The notes beneath the pieces were generated by a model, which made no database searches, was not told the origin of the DNA, and saw only the letters and a list, made by a program, of their open reading frames with translations. Shown one piece after another: positions 45,197 through 54,307 of a stretch of 54,307 nucleotides of DNA. The stretch spans positions 4,137,872 to 4,192,178 of the forward strand of contig CP070751.1 in NCBI GenBank assembly GCA_020348445.1, given 5' to 3'. Within the stretch, counting starts at the first letter, position 1. Each line of letters begins with the position of its first letter. The DNA comes from Thermoplasmata archaeon. Lineage in GTDB: Archaea > Thermoplasmatota > Thermoplasmata > GCA-020350865. The position numbers were made by a program, and so were the translations under genes.

Positions 45197-46348
45197 TTAT
45201 CTGCTACTTAAGGTTTTATCATAGATTGTCTTGACCCTGTCAGCGATGATGTCCCAGTCAAATAGTTCTCTTCTTGTCTTCGTGTTTTTCTTTAACTTAT
45301 TGTATTTTTTCTCATCTCTTAAAAGCTCGATTATTGCTTTGGCCACGCTCTGCTCGTTCTCCTGGCATAATATCCCAGCATCGCCGACAACCTCTGGAAT
45401 CCCCCCCACGCTGCTCACCACAACAGGTGTTCCACAGCCTATGGCCTCCATTATCGTGATGCCAAATGCCTCGTACTTCGAGGTGAGGACAAAAACCTTG
45501 GCGCGGTTGTAATGCTCAACAAGTTTTTCGAAGGGGACCTCCTTTAGGAACTCCACATTCTCTTTCAGGTTCAGCCCTTTGATTAATTCAACAAGTTTTG
45601 CCTTTTCTCCCCAGTCCCTTCCTATGATTTTGAGTTTGACATCTGGGATTTGTTTCTTAACAATTGAAAGCGCCTTAATCAGCATATCCAGTCTTTTTAC
45701 AGGAGAAAGGCGCCCAACAAACAAAAGAGAATTCTTTTCTCTTTCATAACCCAAATCATGGAACTTTAAAAGGTCAATACCATTTGGGATGGCAGTCATC
45801 TTTTTCTTGGGAATGCCGAACCTTTTTGCCATGTAGTCCTTTTCTATCTCTGTTATCGTGATTATATGGGTGTACCTTTTCAGGGTTTTCTTGCCAATGA
45901 TGCTGTCATATATCGTGCGCAGCATCTTGTGATGGGAATGAGATGCAGGATGAAGATGGGTAGTCAATATCGAAGGGACTTTCAGTTTTTTTGCGATCTT
46001 TGCAGCTTTGTCTGCATGATGCGCACCATAGGTATGTACGTGTATCATCTCAGAGCCTGAAAGAGCCTCGGCAAGTCCCTTTATCTTCACACCGTAGCCT
46101 TCCACGGGAAGGAATTTCTTGGATTCCAATCTTTTGATGGGCACACCCTTATATTCTGTCAATTGTTCAGTTTCAGATAATCTTTGAAAGGGCCTCTCCA
46201 TCTTTAAATCAGATGTGACAACGTTAAGATCAAAGGATTTTGCGAGCCTGTTCGTGACCTCGAGCGCCCGTGTCTCCACACCGCCTAAGGCAGGATAATA
46301 ACGCAAACACACAACAGGTATCATCGCACACCTTCCACGATAATCCAC
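45197..46348 (-). CDS. Glycosyltransferase family 4
   Basis: GGVETRA, IPNGID, FVGRL..VKR, SKYEAFG....EA; start likely 46324. Confidence 0.92.
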   Translation of the reverse strand: MDYRGRCAMIPVVCLRYYPALGGVETRALEVTNRLAKSFDLNVVTSDLKMERPFQRLSETEQLTEYKGVPIKRLESKKFLPVEGYGVKIKGLAEALSGSEMIHVHTYGAHHADKAAKIAKKLKVPSILTTHLHPASHSHHKMLRTIYDSIIGKKTLKRYTHIITITEIEKDYMAKRFGIPKKKMTAIPNGIDLLKFHDLGYEREKNSLLFVGRLSPVKRLDMLIKALSIVKKQIPDVKLKIIGRDWGEKAKLVELIKGLNLKENVEFLKEVPFEKLVEHYNRAKVFVLTSKYEAFGITIMEAIGCGTPVVVSSVGGIPEVVGDAGILCQENEQSVAKAIIELLRDEKKYNKLKKNTKTRRELFDWDIIADRVKTIYDKTLSSR

Positions 46349-46878
46349 ATGACAGCATCTAGGAGATCTTCTGCTATATAATCAGGAGTAAATTCCCAAT
46401 TATTCTTATCCTTAAGCTCATCTTTTCCATATCCTGTGAGCACGAGCACAGTCTTGCATCCCATTTTGCGGCCAGTCTCAAGATCCAATAACTTATCCCC
46501 TACTATAAATGAAGATGATACCTCTATATCAAAATCTGCCTTTGCCTCCACTATCATGCCAGTTTTTGGTTTTCTGCAGTCACAACCGTCATCAGGATGA
46601 TGGGGACAAAAGTAAATCCCATCCACAACAGCCCCTTCATTTAAAAGCTCGTCTCTCAGATGGTTGTTGACGTTCTCTAGATCCTCTTTGGAAAAATAGC
46701 CTCTAGCCACGCCTGACTGATTTGTGACTACAATAACCTTAAAGCCGTTCTCATTGAGGAGTTTGATGGCCTTTGGAGAATTTGGTAGGATTTTCACCTG
46801 CTCTATTTTTGAGAGGTAATTAACTTCCTCATTTATCGTTCCATCTCTGTCCAGAAACACGGCTTTGTTAGTCATCAC
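46321..46878 (-). CDS. gmhB: D-glycero-D-manno-heptose-1,7-bisphosphate 7-phosphatase (HAD)
   Basis: FLDRDGTIN, TNQSG.ARG, CPHHP...C.CRKP, GDK..D. Confidence 0.92.
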   Translation of the reverse strand: MMTNKAVFLDRDGTINEEVNYLSKIEQVKILPNSPKAIKLLNENGFKVIVVTNQSGVARGYFSKEDLENVNNHLRDELLNEGAVVDGIYFCPHHPDDGCDCRKPKTGMIVEAKADFDIEVSSSFIVGDKLLDLETGRKMGCKTVLVLTGYGKDELKDKNNWEFTPDYIAEDLLDAVMWIIVEGVR

Positions 46879-46893
46879 GACCTTCCTTTTCCT

Positions 46894-47457
46894 TTACCCT
46901 CCAAAAATCTCTGATTCCACCAAAAAGCATATGATATGACCTGCTGTAATATGCGCCTCCTGGATACGGGGAGTATCCTTTGAGGGAACAGAAAGCCAGA
47001 TGTCCACAGCATCGCCCAAACCGGTTTTTCCCTCACCTGTAAAACCAACGGTCACTGCGCCCTTTTCCTTTGCGACCTTGATGGCCTCTATTACATTGGG
47101 AGAAGTCCCGCTGGTGGAGATTCCGATCACCACATCATCCTTTTGGGCCATGGCCTCAACCTGCTTAGCAAACACGAATTCATAGCCAAAGTCGTTGGCA
47201 CATGCTGTTAGTATGGAGGTGTTCACAGTGAGGGCCATTGCAGCAAGTGGTTTTCTTACCAATTTATATTTGCCCACAAGTTCGGCCGCTATATGTTGGG
47301 CATCTGCTGCACTTCCTCCGTTTCCGAAGATAAGCACCTTTTTCCCCTTCTTATAGGCATCGATTATAGCTGAAGCGATTTCTACTATTTTCCCTTCATC
47401 CAGGTTCAATTTAACATCAGCACTTTCCTTAAGCTTGGATCTTACAAGTTCCTTCAT
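46894..47457 (-). CDS. gmhA: Sedoheptulose-7-phosphate isomerase
   Basis: GNGGSAADAQH.AAEL, NDFGYE.VF.KQ, STSG.S.NV, RIQE.H. Confidence 0.95.
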   Translation of the reverse strand: MKELVRSKLKESADVKLNLDEGKIVEIASAIIDAYKKGKKVLIFGNGGSAADAQHIAAELVGKYKLVRKPLAAMALTVNTSILTACANDFGYEFVFAKQVEAMAQKDDVVIGISTSGTSPNVIEAIKVAKEKGAVTVGFTGEGKTGLGDAVDIWLSVPSKDTPRIQEAHITAGHIICFLVESEIFGG

Positions 47458-47471
47458 TTAAAAACCTCCCT

Positions 47472-48479
47472 TCACTCGACAACCCAGCTCTGCAGGCCTT
47501 TGTATTCAAAGCCGAAATTCACAATCTGACCCCCCAGGTTCTCGAGCTTCTCGGCAATTATATGTTTCTTGTCAAATTCACAGAACAAAAGCAGGTATCC
47601 CCCTCCACCTGCACCTAGGATCTTCCCGCCCAGGGCGCCGTGCTCTCTTGCTGTCTCGTAGAGTTTGTCGATCTCTGGATTCGAAATCTTGGATGCGAGC
47701 TTTTTCTTATGCATCCACCCCTGATGCAAAAGTGCCCCGAACTCCTGCAGATTACCCCTTAAGAGAGCGTTCTTCATGTCTATGCATATGGCCTTAAGCT
47801 CATCAAGGGCTTCAACTGATTTCTTTTCCTTCTTGACGTACTTGTCCACCTGCTCAGTGAGAATGTTGGCAGAAAGCCTCGTCCTTCCTGTATAGCATAG
47901 GATAAGACTATACTCGAGCTCGTTCAGGATGTCTCTTTTGATTCTAAGGGGGTTGACTATCGTGGTTGGCCCGTGGAACTCAATGTAGTTGAAACCTCCA
48001 AAGGTGGCGGCGTACTGGTCCTGTTTTCCGCCTTTTACACCGAGATCTTCTCTCTCGATTTTGTATGCAAGTTCTGCGATATCGTAATCTGTTAGGGGCA
48101 TGTTCAGCCATTTCTGAAAGAGCCCCACAAGGGTAACAACCACTGTGGATGAAGAACCCAAGCCCGAACCCGGGGGTGCGTCGCTGTGCATGAAGAGATC
48201 AAGGCCCTGCTTTGCCTTCATGGAGTTGATTACGGCCTTCACAAGGTCGAGCTCACCGTCAAAAAATAGCTTCTCATCGGTTCTGTACTTTGCCACGATA
48301 TCGTAATCCAAGGACTTCACGCTGATGGTGTCATCTTTTCGGGGAATCAAGGTGGCGTAAGCGAACTTGTTCACGGTTGTGGAAAGTACAGCTCCGCCCC
48401 TTTCTTCAGGGTAGGGAGGAACATCTGTTCCACCTCCCGCGAAACTTATTCTTAGAGGTGCCTTACTTCTTAATATCAA
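47472..48479 (-). CDS. hddA: D-glycero-D-manno-heptose-7-phosphate kinase (GHMP family)
   Basis: APLRISFAGGGTD, PPGSGLGSSS, GGKQDQYAA.FGG, GGKILGAGGGG. Confidence 0.88.
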   Translation of the reverse strand: MILRSKAPLRISFAGGGTDVPPYPEERGGAVLSTTVNKFAYATLIPRKDDTISVKSLDYDIVAKYRTDEKLFFDGELDLVKAVINSMKAKQGLDLFMHSDAPPGSGLGSSSTVVVTLVGLFQKWLNMPLTDYDIAELAYKIEREDLGVKGGKQDQYAATFGGFNYIEFHGPTTIVNPLRIKRDILNELEYSLILCYTGRTRLSANILTEQVDKYVKKEKKSVEALDELKAICIDMKNALLRGNLQEFGALLHQGWMHKKKLASKISNPEIDKLYETAREHGALGGKILGAGGGGYLLLFCEFDKKHIIAEKLENLGGQIVNFGFEYKGLQSWVVE

Positions 48480-48587
48480 GACTAATCACCGCATTTAGCT
48501 TTTTCTTCATGATTTTATTTGGTATAAAGATTGCGGTAAAGGAACATGGCTTTACTAAACGGCAATTGTTACCGAAATCCCTGCATT

Positions 48588-49379
48588 TCATCCCTTGAGT
48601 AAATGCTCTATGAATTCGTTTACTTCCATTCCCTGCCCTTTCGCAATCCTTCTCAGCTCCTTTAGAATCCCGGAGCTGTACTGCACTGCTTTCTTCTCCT
48701 TGAGGGCAATTTCCCTTGGCAGGCCCATTTTCACTGCAAGCTCCCGTAAAATGATCTTCCTTTGGCCCTCATTTACTTTATATTCCAATGGAATCTGCAT
48801 TGTGCAATTTACCACATCCATATCAAGATAGGGGATTTTGAGGGTTTTAGAGAAATGCCTGGCTATTTGATAATCCATCTCAATGTCCTTTGTAATCAAT
48901 GAATCGACATCTTTTTTCAATTCCATCTCCAATTCATCATGCCCCATCTTAAGATATCTTGCATATCCCCCGAACAGCTCATCTGCACCCTGCCCAGTGA
49001 GTATCAGCTCCTCCTCTATGTTCCCCAAGGCCAGGTATAAAGGCAGTTCAAAGGATATTGTTACAGGATGGTGAATATCTATGATTTGGGTGAGCTTTGG
49101 AATCGAATCAATTATCTCTTGATTCGCAATCTCGATTCTGCTTAAATTCATGCCCAGCAGTTTTGAAGCATCCTCGGCATATAGAAAATCGTATGAATCG
49201 AAGGTTCCCACAGTATACAGTGTTATTTCGGCCTCTTGTGCCCCCTTTTTGGCGATAAAAGCCACAAGGGAGCTGTCCAAGCCTCCTGAGAACAGAATTC
49301 CCACCCCGTCCTTTCCTTGGATGCTCTCTGACACTGCCTTTGAGATTTTGTCTTTCAACTGGTTTATATGATCTTCCAT
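48588..49379 (-). CDS. Stand-alone asparagine synthase C-terminal (ATP pyrophosphatase) domain protein
   Basis: LFSGGLDSS, GQGADELFGGY.RY, PYLD, K..LR, K.A.QY.SG; no glutaminase domain. Confidence 0.82.
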   Translation of the reverse strand: MEDHINQLKDKISKAVSESIQGKDGVGILFSGGLDSSLVAFIAKKGAQEAEITLYTVGTFDSYDFLYAEDASKLLGMNLSRIEIANQEIIDSIPKLTQIIDIHHPVTISFELPLYLALGNIEEELILTGQGADELFGGYARYLKMGHDELEMELKKDVDSLITKDIEMDYQIARHFSKTLKIPYLDMDVVNCTMQIPLEYKVNEGQRKIILRELAVKMGLPREIALKEKKAVQYSSGILKELRRIAKGQGMEVNEFIEHLLKG

Positions 49380-49447
49380 GGGGTAGCATACCCACTAAGT
49401 CATATTTAAATAATGCTAATTCATATGCATTTGAGAGAGGTTCAGAC

Positions 49448-50812
49448 ATGGCAGAATTGGGCAGTTCGTTCTACAGGCAGTTCATGTATCCAATTCTGGA
49501 TAAACGGCGCGGCACAGACTCACTTGCGCGCTATTCTGAGTTGAAAAAAAGTCAGTGGCTCAGTTCGGACGAGATAAAAAGATTGCAGCAGAAAAAGCTA
49601 AAGGCTCTCGTAAAACACGCCTTTCACAACGTGCCCTTTTACAACAGAACGTTCAAGAAATTGGGAATAAGACCCGAGGATATCCAAACCAAATCCGATC
49701 TTAAAAAGCTGCCCATAATCGACAAAGAGACGGTAAGAAACCATTTCGAGGAACTCAAGGCAAAGGATTTTAAAAGCTGGAAGCCCACCGAAAGAACCAC
49801 AGGAGGAACAACAGGCAAACCTCTTCGATATTACAGTAATAAAAGTGAGCACAGCGTGTTCTGGGCAGACCTATGGAGAGCCTGGAGCTGGGCAGGATAT
49901 GAGCTAGGTGACAGGCGGGCCACAATCGGGGGTTCAAAGCCCTCGGGCTCTGGATTTCGTTCTTTTATTAAATCAAGGGTCATGGAAAGGAACCTTTCCC
50001 TTTCATCCTTTGAGGTCAAGCCCGAGGCAATGCAGGTTCATGTCAAAAAGATAAGCAGGTTCAAGCCCAGGATATTGAGGGGTTATCCATCTTCACTTTA
50101 TCTTTTTGCTAAATATCTAAATGATGCCAAAGTGAAAAACCTGGGAGTTGGCAGTGTTCTTTCCATCTCAGAGCAACTGTATGATCATCAGAGAAGTGCC
50201 ATCACGCAGGCCTTTGGCTGCGAAGTATACGACAACTACGGCTGTCCTGATGCTGGTGTTTTGGCCTGCGAATGCATGGAGCATGAATATCATCTGAACA
50301 GCGAAAACGCCATTGTGGAGATCGTGAAGGATAATGATGTGGTATCCACAGGTGAAGAAGGGGAGATGGTATCAACAAACCTGGTCCGTTATGCCATGCC
50401 TTTTATCAGGTACAGGACAGGCGATATGGGCAAGGCCAGTGATGCAAAAAGCAAATGCAAAAGAGGTCTTGAGATGCTTGATTCGGTTTTGGGCAGGACA
50501 GCTGATTATATTATTTTGCCAAATGGAAATCTGCTTGCTGCTGTTAATATAGCAGCAGTTTTTAACGCAATATCTTCTAAAATCCATATCATCCAATATC
50601 AGGTCGTACAGGAGAAAAAAGGTGAACTTAAGGTACTGGTTGTGGAGGATACGGGCTTTTCGGAGAGCGACTCTTCTCTGATTAAGGACACCCTGCTTGA
50701 GCATATGGGCCCTGATATGGCCATAGATGTGGTTATCGTGGATGACATACCACTTACTGAGAGTGGAAAGAGAAGAAGTGTGGTATCGAAATTGGAGGTG
50801 GGCATTTTTTGA
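49448..50812 (+). CDS. Phenylacetate-CoA-ligase-like (CapK-type) adenylate-forming enzyme
   Basis: VPFY, TGGTTGKP, GYPSS, YGC.D, TNL....MPFIRY.TGD, GR..D, T.SGK.R; start set at ATG 49448. Confidence 0.85.
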   Translation: MAELGSSFYRQFMYPILDKRRGTDSLARYSELKKSQWLSSDEIKRLQQKKLKALVKHAFHNVPFYNRTFKKLGIRPEDIQTKSDLKKLPIIDKETVRNHFEELKAKDFKSWKPTERTTGGTTGKPLRYYSNKSEHSVFWADLWRAWSWAGYELGDRRATIGGSKPSGSGFRSFIKSRVMERNLSLSSFEVKPEAMQVHVKKISRFKPRILRGYPSSLYLFAKYLNDAKVKNLGVGSVLSISEQLYDHQRSAITQAFGCEVYDNYGCPDAGVLACECMEHEYHLNSENAIVEIVKDNDVVSTGEEGEMVSTNLVRYAMPFIRYRTGDMGKASDAKSKCKRGLEMLDSVLGRTADYIILPNGNLLAAVNIAAVFNAISSKIHIIQYQVVQEKKGELKVLVVEDTGFSESDSSLIKDTLLEHMGPDMAIDVVIVDDIPLTESGKRRSVVSKLEVGIF

Positions 50813-51981
50813 GTGGGGATGCAAAATCAAAGAAGAAGGTGTGTCATGTGGGTAGGGCCTCTTCGATTCTCGTCCAGAGATGGGTCAATTATTTTGCAGA
50901 GAGGGGGTGGGAAGTGGACATTATCACTTTTGAGCCCGCCGAAAAGAAGTTTTTGCATTCAGATATTAGGCAGCATGTTGTTAATCCAGGAAAAATACCG
51001 TTTATCGGGTTTATCAGGGCATATTTGGGTGTAAAAAAACATCTGAAAAGAATCAAGCCAGACATCATTCATGCACACAGCATACCAGCCTATGGAATCT
51101 ATGTAGGTCTGTACTCCAAAAAAGGAGGAAAGGAGCCGTATATCCAAGCGGCCTGGGGTTTTCATCACATAGAGATTGACAAGGGCTATAAAAGAAAGCT
51201 GGATAAGCTCTGTCTCGAGAGAGCAGAAGTCATAACCACAACATCAGATGATCTGAAAATTGCCCTCGTCAAGAACCTCCAGGCAGACGAGAGTAAGTTC
51301 AGGGTGTTCTCCTGGGGAATAGATCTGAATATATTTCGGTTGAATTACAAAGAGGAGCTAGAAAAACTTCGTAAGGAGTTGGATATCCGCAGTGGTGCAC
51401 CTGTAATAATCAGTCCTCGCAACATGGCCCCATATTACAGAATCCAAAATATCGTAAAGGCAGTTCCAAAGGTGCTTAAGGCACATCCCGAGAGTGTATT
51501 CATTTTCCTGAGGGGATACGGCTCTGAGGAGTTCGAGAGGAAGATGAAGGAGGAGGCTAAGAATTTGGATATAGAGAAGAATACAAGATTCATATCTGGG
51601 CTTCTAACTCCAGAGGAAATGGCAATTTATCTGAATCTCGCAGATATATCGATATCAATTAGCAAAACTGACCAGCTTTCATCTGTGCTCTTGGAGTCCA
51701 TGGTCTGCAATGCATTTCCGATTTTAAGTGACATTGCCATATATAAAAAATATATTACTTCTGAAAAAAATGGCCTTTTTGTGAGTGGAAATAATCCAGA
51801 CGAGATCGCTAATGCAGTGATTCAATGTTTAAATAACAAAGCATTTATGGAGCGCGCTTATGATATTAATTCTAAATTTATTAAGGAATCTGAAAACTGG
51901 CACGTCAATTCAAAAAAGATGGAAAATATCTATATGGAGTTACTGGTAACTGAACAGAAAAAGTCTACTAAACCAATTTAA
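50809..51981 (+). CDS. Glycosyltransferase family 4
   Basis: RW..YF...GW, PDIIHAH, WGID...F, D.....LLESM. Confidence 0.85.
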   Translation: MSGDAKSKKKVCHVGRASSILVQRWVNYFAERGWEVDIITFEPAEKKFLHSDIRQHVVNPGKIPFIGFIRAYLGVKKHLKRIKPDIIHAHSIPAYGIYVGLYSKKGGKEPYIQAAWGFHHIEIDKGYKRKLDKLCLERAEVITTTSDDLKIALVKNLQADESKFRVFSWGIDLNIFRLNYKEELEKLRKELDIRSGAPVIISPRNMAPYYRIQNIVKAVPKVLKAHPESVFIFLRGYGSEEFERKMKEEAKNLDIEKNTRFISGLLTPEEMAIYLNLADISISISKTDQLSSVLLESMVCNAFPILSDIAIYKKYITSEKNGLFVSGNNPDEIANAVIQCLNNKAFMERAYDINSKFIKESENWHVNSKKMENIYMELLVTEQKKSTKPI

Positions 51982-52002
51982 AATAATTTATTAGGGAGTG
52001 TC

Positions 52003-52839
52003 ATGACAAAAAAATCTAATGACTTATCAAGGGAATCTCCGAAGCTTTCAAGAAAGAAGAATAAGTATGATAAGACGAGGATGGACCCAAAAAGGGAGAC
52101 CTACGACGATAAATATTTTGATTTAGGTATATACAGTTCCTATAAACAAGGCTATGAAAATTATATTGAAGATTTACGGTACCCAGATATTGTCGATGAC
52201 ATAATAAAAAATGTTAAACCTAAAAGAGTACTTGATATCGGTTGTGCTTTTGGAAGGGTTGTAGAAATGTTTTGTTCCCAGGGAGTCGAGGCTTATGGGG
52301 TGGACATATCTGATTATGCAATTTCCAAGGCGAGTGACGATATTAAAAAAAGACTTTTTCAGGTAAATGTTGAAAACGAAAAGATACCGTTTCCAGACGG
52401 TCATTTTGATTTCATATCTTGCTTGGTGGTAATAGAACACCTTCATGATGATACACATCTTCTAAACGAAATATCTCGCCTTATTTCTAAAAAAGGAACT
52501 GTGTATATCACCACACCACCTAAAAGTTATGAGCCATCATATACTGATAAGACACATATAAACCTTCACGATCCTGAATATTGGATTAAGCGTTTTGGGG
52601 ACTTTGGTTTCAATATAGAGCCACTCAGAATTCATCAGATGTTTGGATATACTTATATGAAAAGTATCAAGGGCACATATTGGAAGGTAAAAAATGAAAA
52701 ACCGACAAGTAATTTTGGGAGTAAATTGCCCCGCTCAATATGGATTTATACGGTTACCATAATAAAATTTATCAGAAATAGCAGGTTATTTAAAAGAAAT
52801 AGATATATATGGGCTTATATTTTGACCAAAGCAAGTTGA
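52003..52839 (+). CDS. Class I SAM-dependent methyltransferase
   Basis: VLDIGCAFG, GVDIS.YAI, FD...VIEHL, THIN. Confidence 0.85.
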   Translation: MTKKSNDLSRESPKLSRKKNKYDKTRMDPKRETYDDKYFDLGIYSSYKQGYENYIEDLRYPDIVDDIIKNVKPKRVLDIGCAFGRVVEMFCSQGVEAYGVDISDYAISKASDDIKKRLFQVNVENEKIPFPDGHFDFISCLVVIEHLHDDTHLLNEISRLISKKGTVYITTPPKSYEPSYTDKTHINLHDPEYWIKRFGDFGFNIEPLRIHQMFGYTYMKSIKGTYWKVKNEKPTSNFGSKLPRSIWIYTVTIIKFIRNSRLFKRNRYIWAYILTKAS

Positions 52840-52858
52840 AATAAGAAGAGGTGATCAA

Positions 52859-53521
52859 GTGAGCGAGAAACAAGAAAGGGTTGTCATTATCGGAGCGGGG
52901 GGTATGGGTGGAGTATATTTCGATGTCTTAGATGAAATGAATGTTTATGAAGTAATCGGATTTATTGACGATGATCCCAAGAAACACGGCAAGAATTACT
53001 ATGATATTCCAATACTAGGCGGTGTTTCTGATATGCCCTCTCTCAAAGAAAAACATCAAATCCATGGATTCATAATTTCCATTGGTAACAATAGGTTACG
53101 AGGGAAAATGGGGTCATATCTCGAAAACTTGGGTTTAAAACCGGTGAATGCCGTTCATCCCCGGGCAGCTATTTCAAGATATTCCACTTACGGTAATGGA
53201 GTTCTTATAGAGGCAGGTGTTGGCATAAATCCTCATACCACAATAGGAAACCACGCTATGATCAGTCTAAGCGCCTCCATTGGCCATGATGTTGTAATAG
53301 GTGACTGTGTGCATATCGCTCCTAACGTTGTTATCGGCGGTGAGGCAAAATTGGGTGATTATGTTGATGTTGGTTTGGGGGCGACAATAAATCCTACCCT
53401 GGTTGTTGGAGAAGGGGCGGTTCTCGGTGCTGGTGCCGCTGTGGTAAAAGACGTTCCTAAGAACATTGTGGTGGTAGGCGTTCCAGCACAAAAGCTAAAA
53501 GATGTGGTAAACGAAGATTAA
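52859..53521 (+). CDS. NeuD/PglD-type sugar O/N-acetyltransferase (hexapeptide repeat)
   Basis: IIGAGG.G, GFIDD, ISIGNN..R, HP.A.I, HD..IGD.VHIAP, GVPA. Confidence 0.9.
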   Translation: MSEKQERVVIIGAGGMGGVYFDVLDEMNVYEVIGFIDDDPKKHGKNYYDIPILGGVSDMPSLKEKHQIHGFIISIGNNRLRGKMGSYLENLGLKPVNAVHPRAAISRYSTYGNGVLIEAGVGINPHTTIGNHAMISLSASIGHDVVIGDCVHIAPNVVIGGEAKLGDYVDVGLGATINPTLVVGEGAVLGAGAAVVKDVPKNIVVVGVPAQKLKDVVNED

Positions 53522-53606
53522 AGGGACGTATTGGAATACTATTTATAAGATTAAAATATATATGGGATAATCCTTGGGCAATTATTTCTGATAAATGGTG
53601 ATTAAC

Positions 53607-54307
53607 GTGAGGATATTGGTGACAGGTGGAACTGGATTCATAGGTTCGAGGATTGTTCAAGAAATAAATAACCAGGGATACGAAGTAGTTGTTTTTGATA
53701 TAAATACAAAAGATGGAATTAGAGATGGTGTACATCATATTAAAGGTGATATTTTCGATACAAAACATCTATTGGAAGTAATAAAAGGATGTGAATTTAT
53801 AATCCATATGGTAGGATTGCCGATTGCCAGAAAAGCACAAGAGCGACCCCAACTTAGTTATGAATTGAACGTAAGAAGCACTCAAGCAATTTTAGAGACA
53901 ATGCGGGAGACAGAGGTTAGGAATATTATCATCCCCTCTTCTGCTGCAATCTATGGCAAAACAACAAAAGATTATGTTGATGAAAGTACACCTTCAAATC
54001 CTACCAACACATATGCGTATCATAAATGGATTGCAGAAGAGATTTGCAGATGCTACTCTTTGAATTATAAAATAAATTCTACAATTCTTAGATTGTTTAA
54101 CGTTTACGGGGGTAAGGGATCAGGAATAATAAACATCCTCATTGAAAAAGCATTAAAAAACGAAACTATAACCTTATATGGCGAGGAACAATTGCGTGAT
54201 TTTATCCATATTAATGATGTTGCTAAAATATTTTCAAAAGTTATTGACTGCAAGGACTGTGCCAATCAAACGATTAATATTGGGACTGGCGTGGGAAGAA
54301 GTATAAA
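53607..54307 (+). CDS. NAD-dependent epimerase/dehydratase; runs off the window end (not in the ORF track)
   Basis: Manual translation from GTG 53607: MRILVTGGTGFIGS...SSAAIYG...TYAYHK...RLFNVYG...RDFIHIND. Confidence 0.9.
   Translation, partial: MRILVTGGTGFIGSRIVQEINNQGYEVVVFDINTKDGIRDGVHHIKGDIFDTKHLLEVIKGCEFIIHMVGLPIARKAQERPQLSYELNVRSTQAILETMRETEVRNIIIPSSAAIYGKTTKDYVDESTPSNPTNTYAYHKWIAEEICRCYSLNYKINSTILRLFNVYGGKGSGIINILIEKALKNETITLYGEEQLRDFIHINDVAKIFSKVIDCKDCANQTINIGTGVGRSI

Overview
Archaeal chromosome segment: top6B-top6A, mptA, apgM, trmG10, nob1 and a membrane-tethered wHTH regulator. The overall gene style suggests Thermoplasmatota, which is an inference. No rRNA, tRNA, CRISPR array or transposase was seen. 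Layout: (1) 0.1-4.1 kb housekeeping and membrane genes; (2) 4.3-21 kb accessory-looking, almost all minus-strand genes (GNATs, methyltransferases, aquaporin, beta-helix surface protein, tandem Cys-rich ferredoxin-like pair); (3) 21-31.8 kb core genes and membrane/Zn-ribbon proteins; (4) 31.8-34.6 kb four-gene minus-strand operon; (5) 34.8-42 kb tRNA/rRNA-processing genes, a secreted GGGGQY-repeat protein and a frameshifted trmO; (6) 42-54.3 kb surface-glycan cluster with heptose genes. The main result is region 4. By manual alignment to the human proteins recalled from memory, it encodes a UFM1-like modifier (ends VG-T), a UFC1-like E2, a UBA5-like E1 (ANMNR and C-x3-SLPTTM motifs) and a JAB/MPN+ metallopeptidase whose full length resembles eukaryotic ODR4, the partner of the deUFMylase UFSP2. 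This looks like a compact archaeal UFMylation-type conjugation system, with no UFL1-type E3 in the window. No database search was run, so all homology calls need HMM or structure confirmation.
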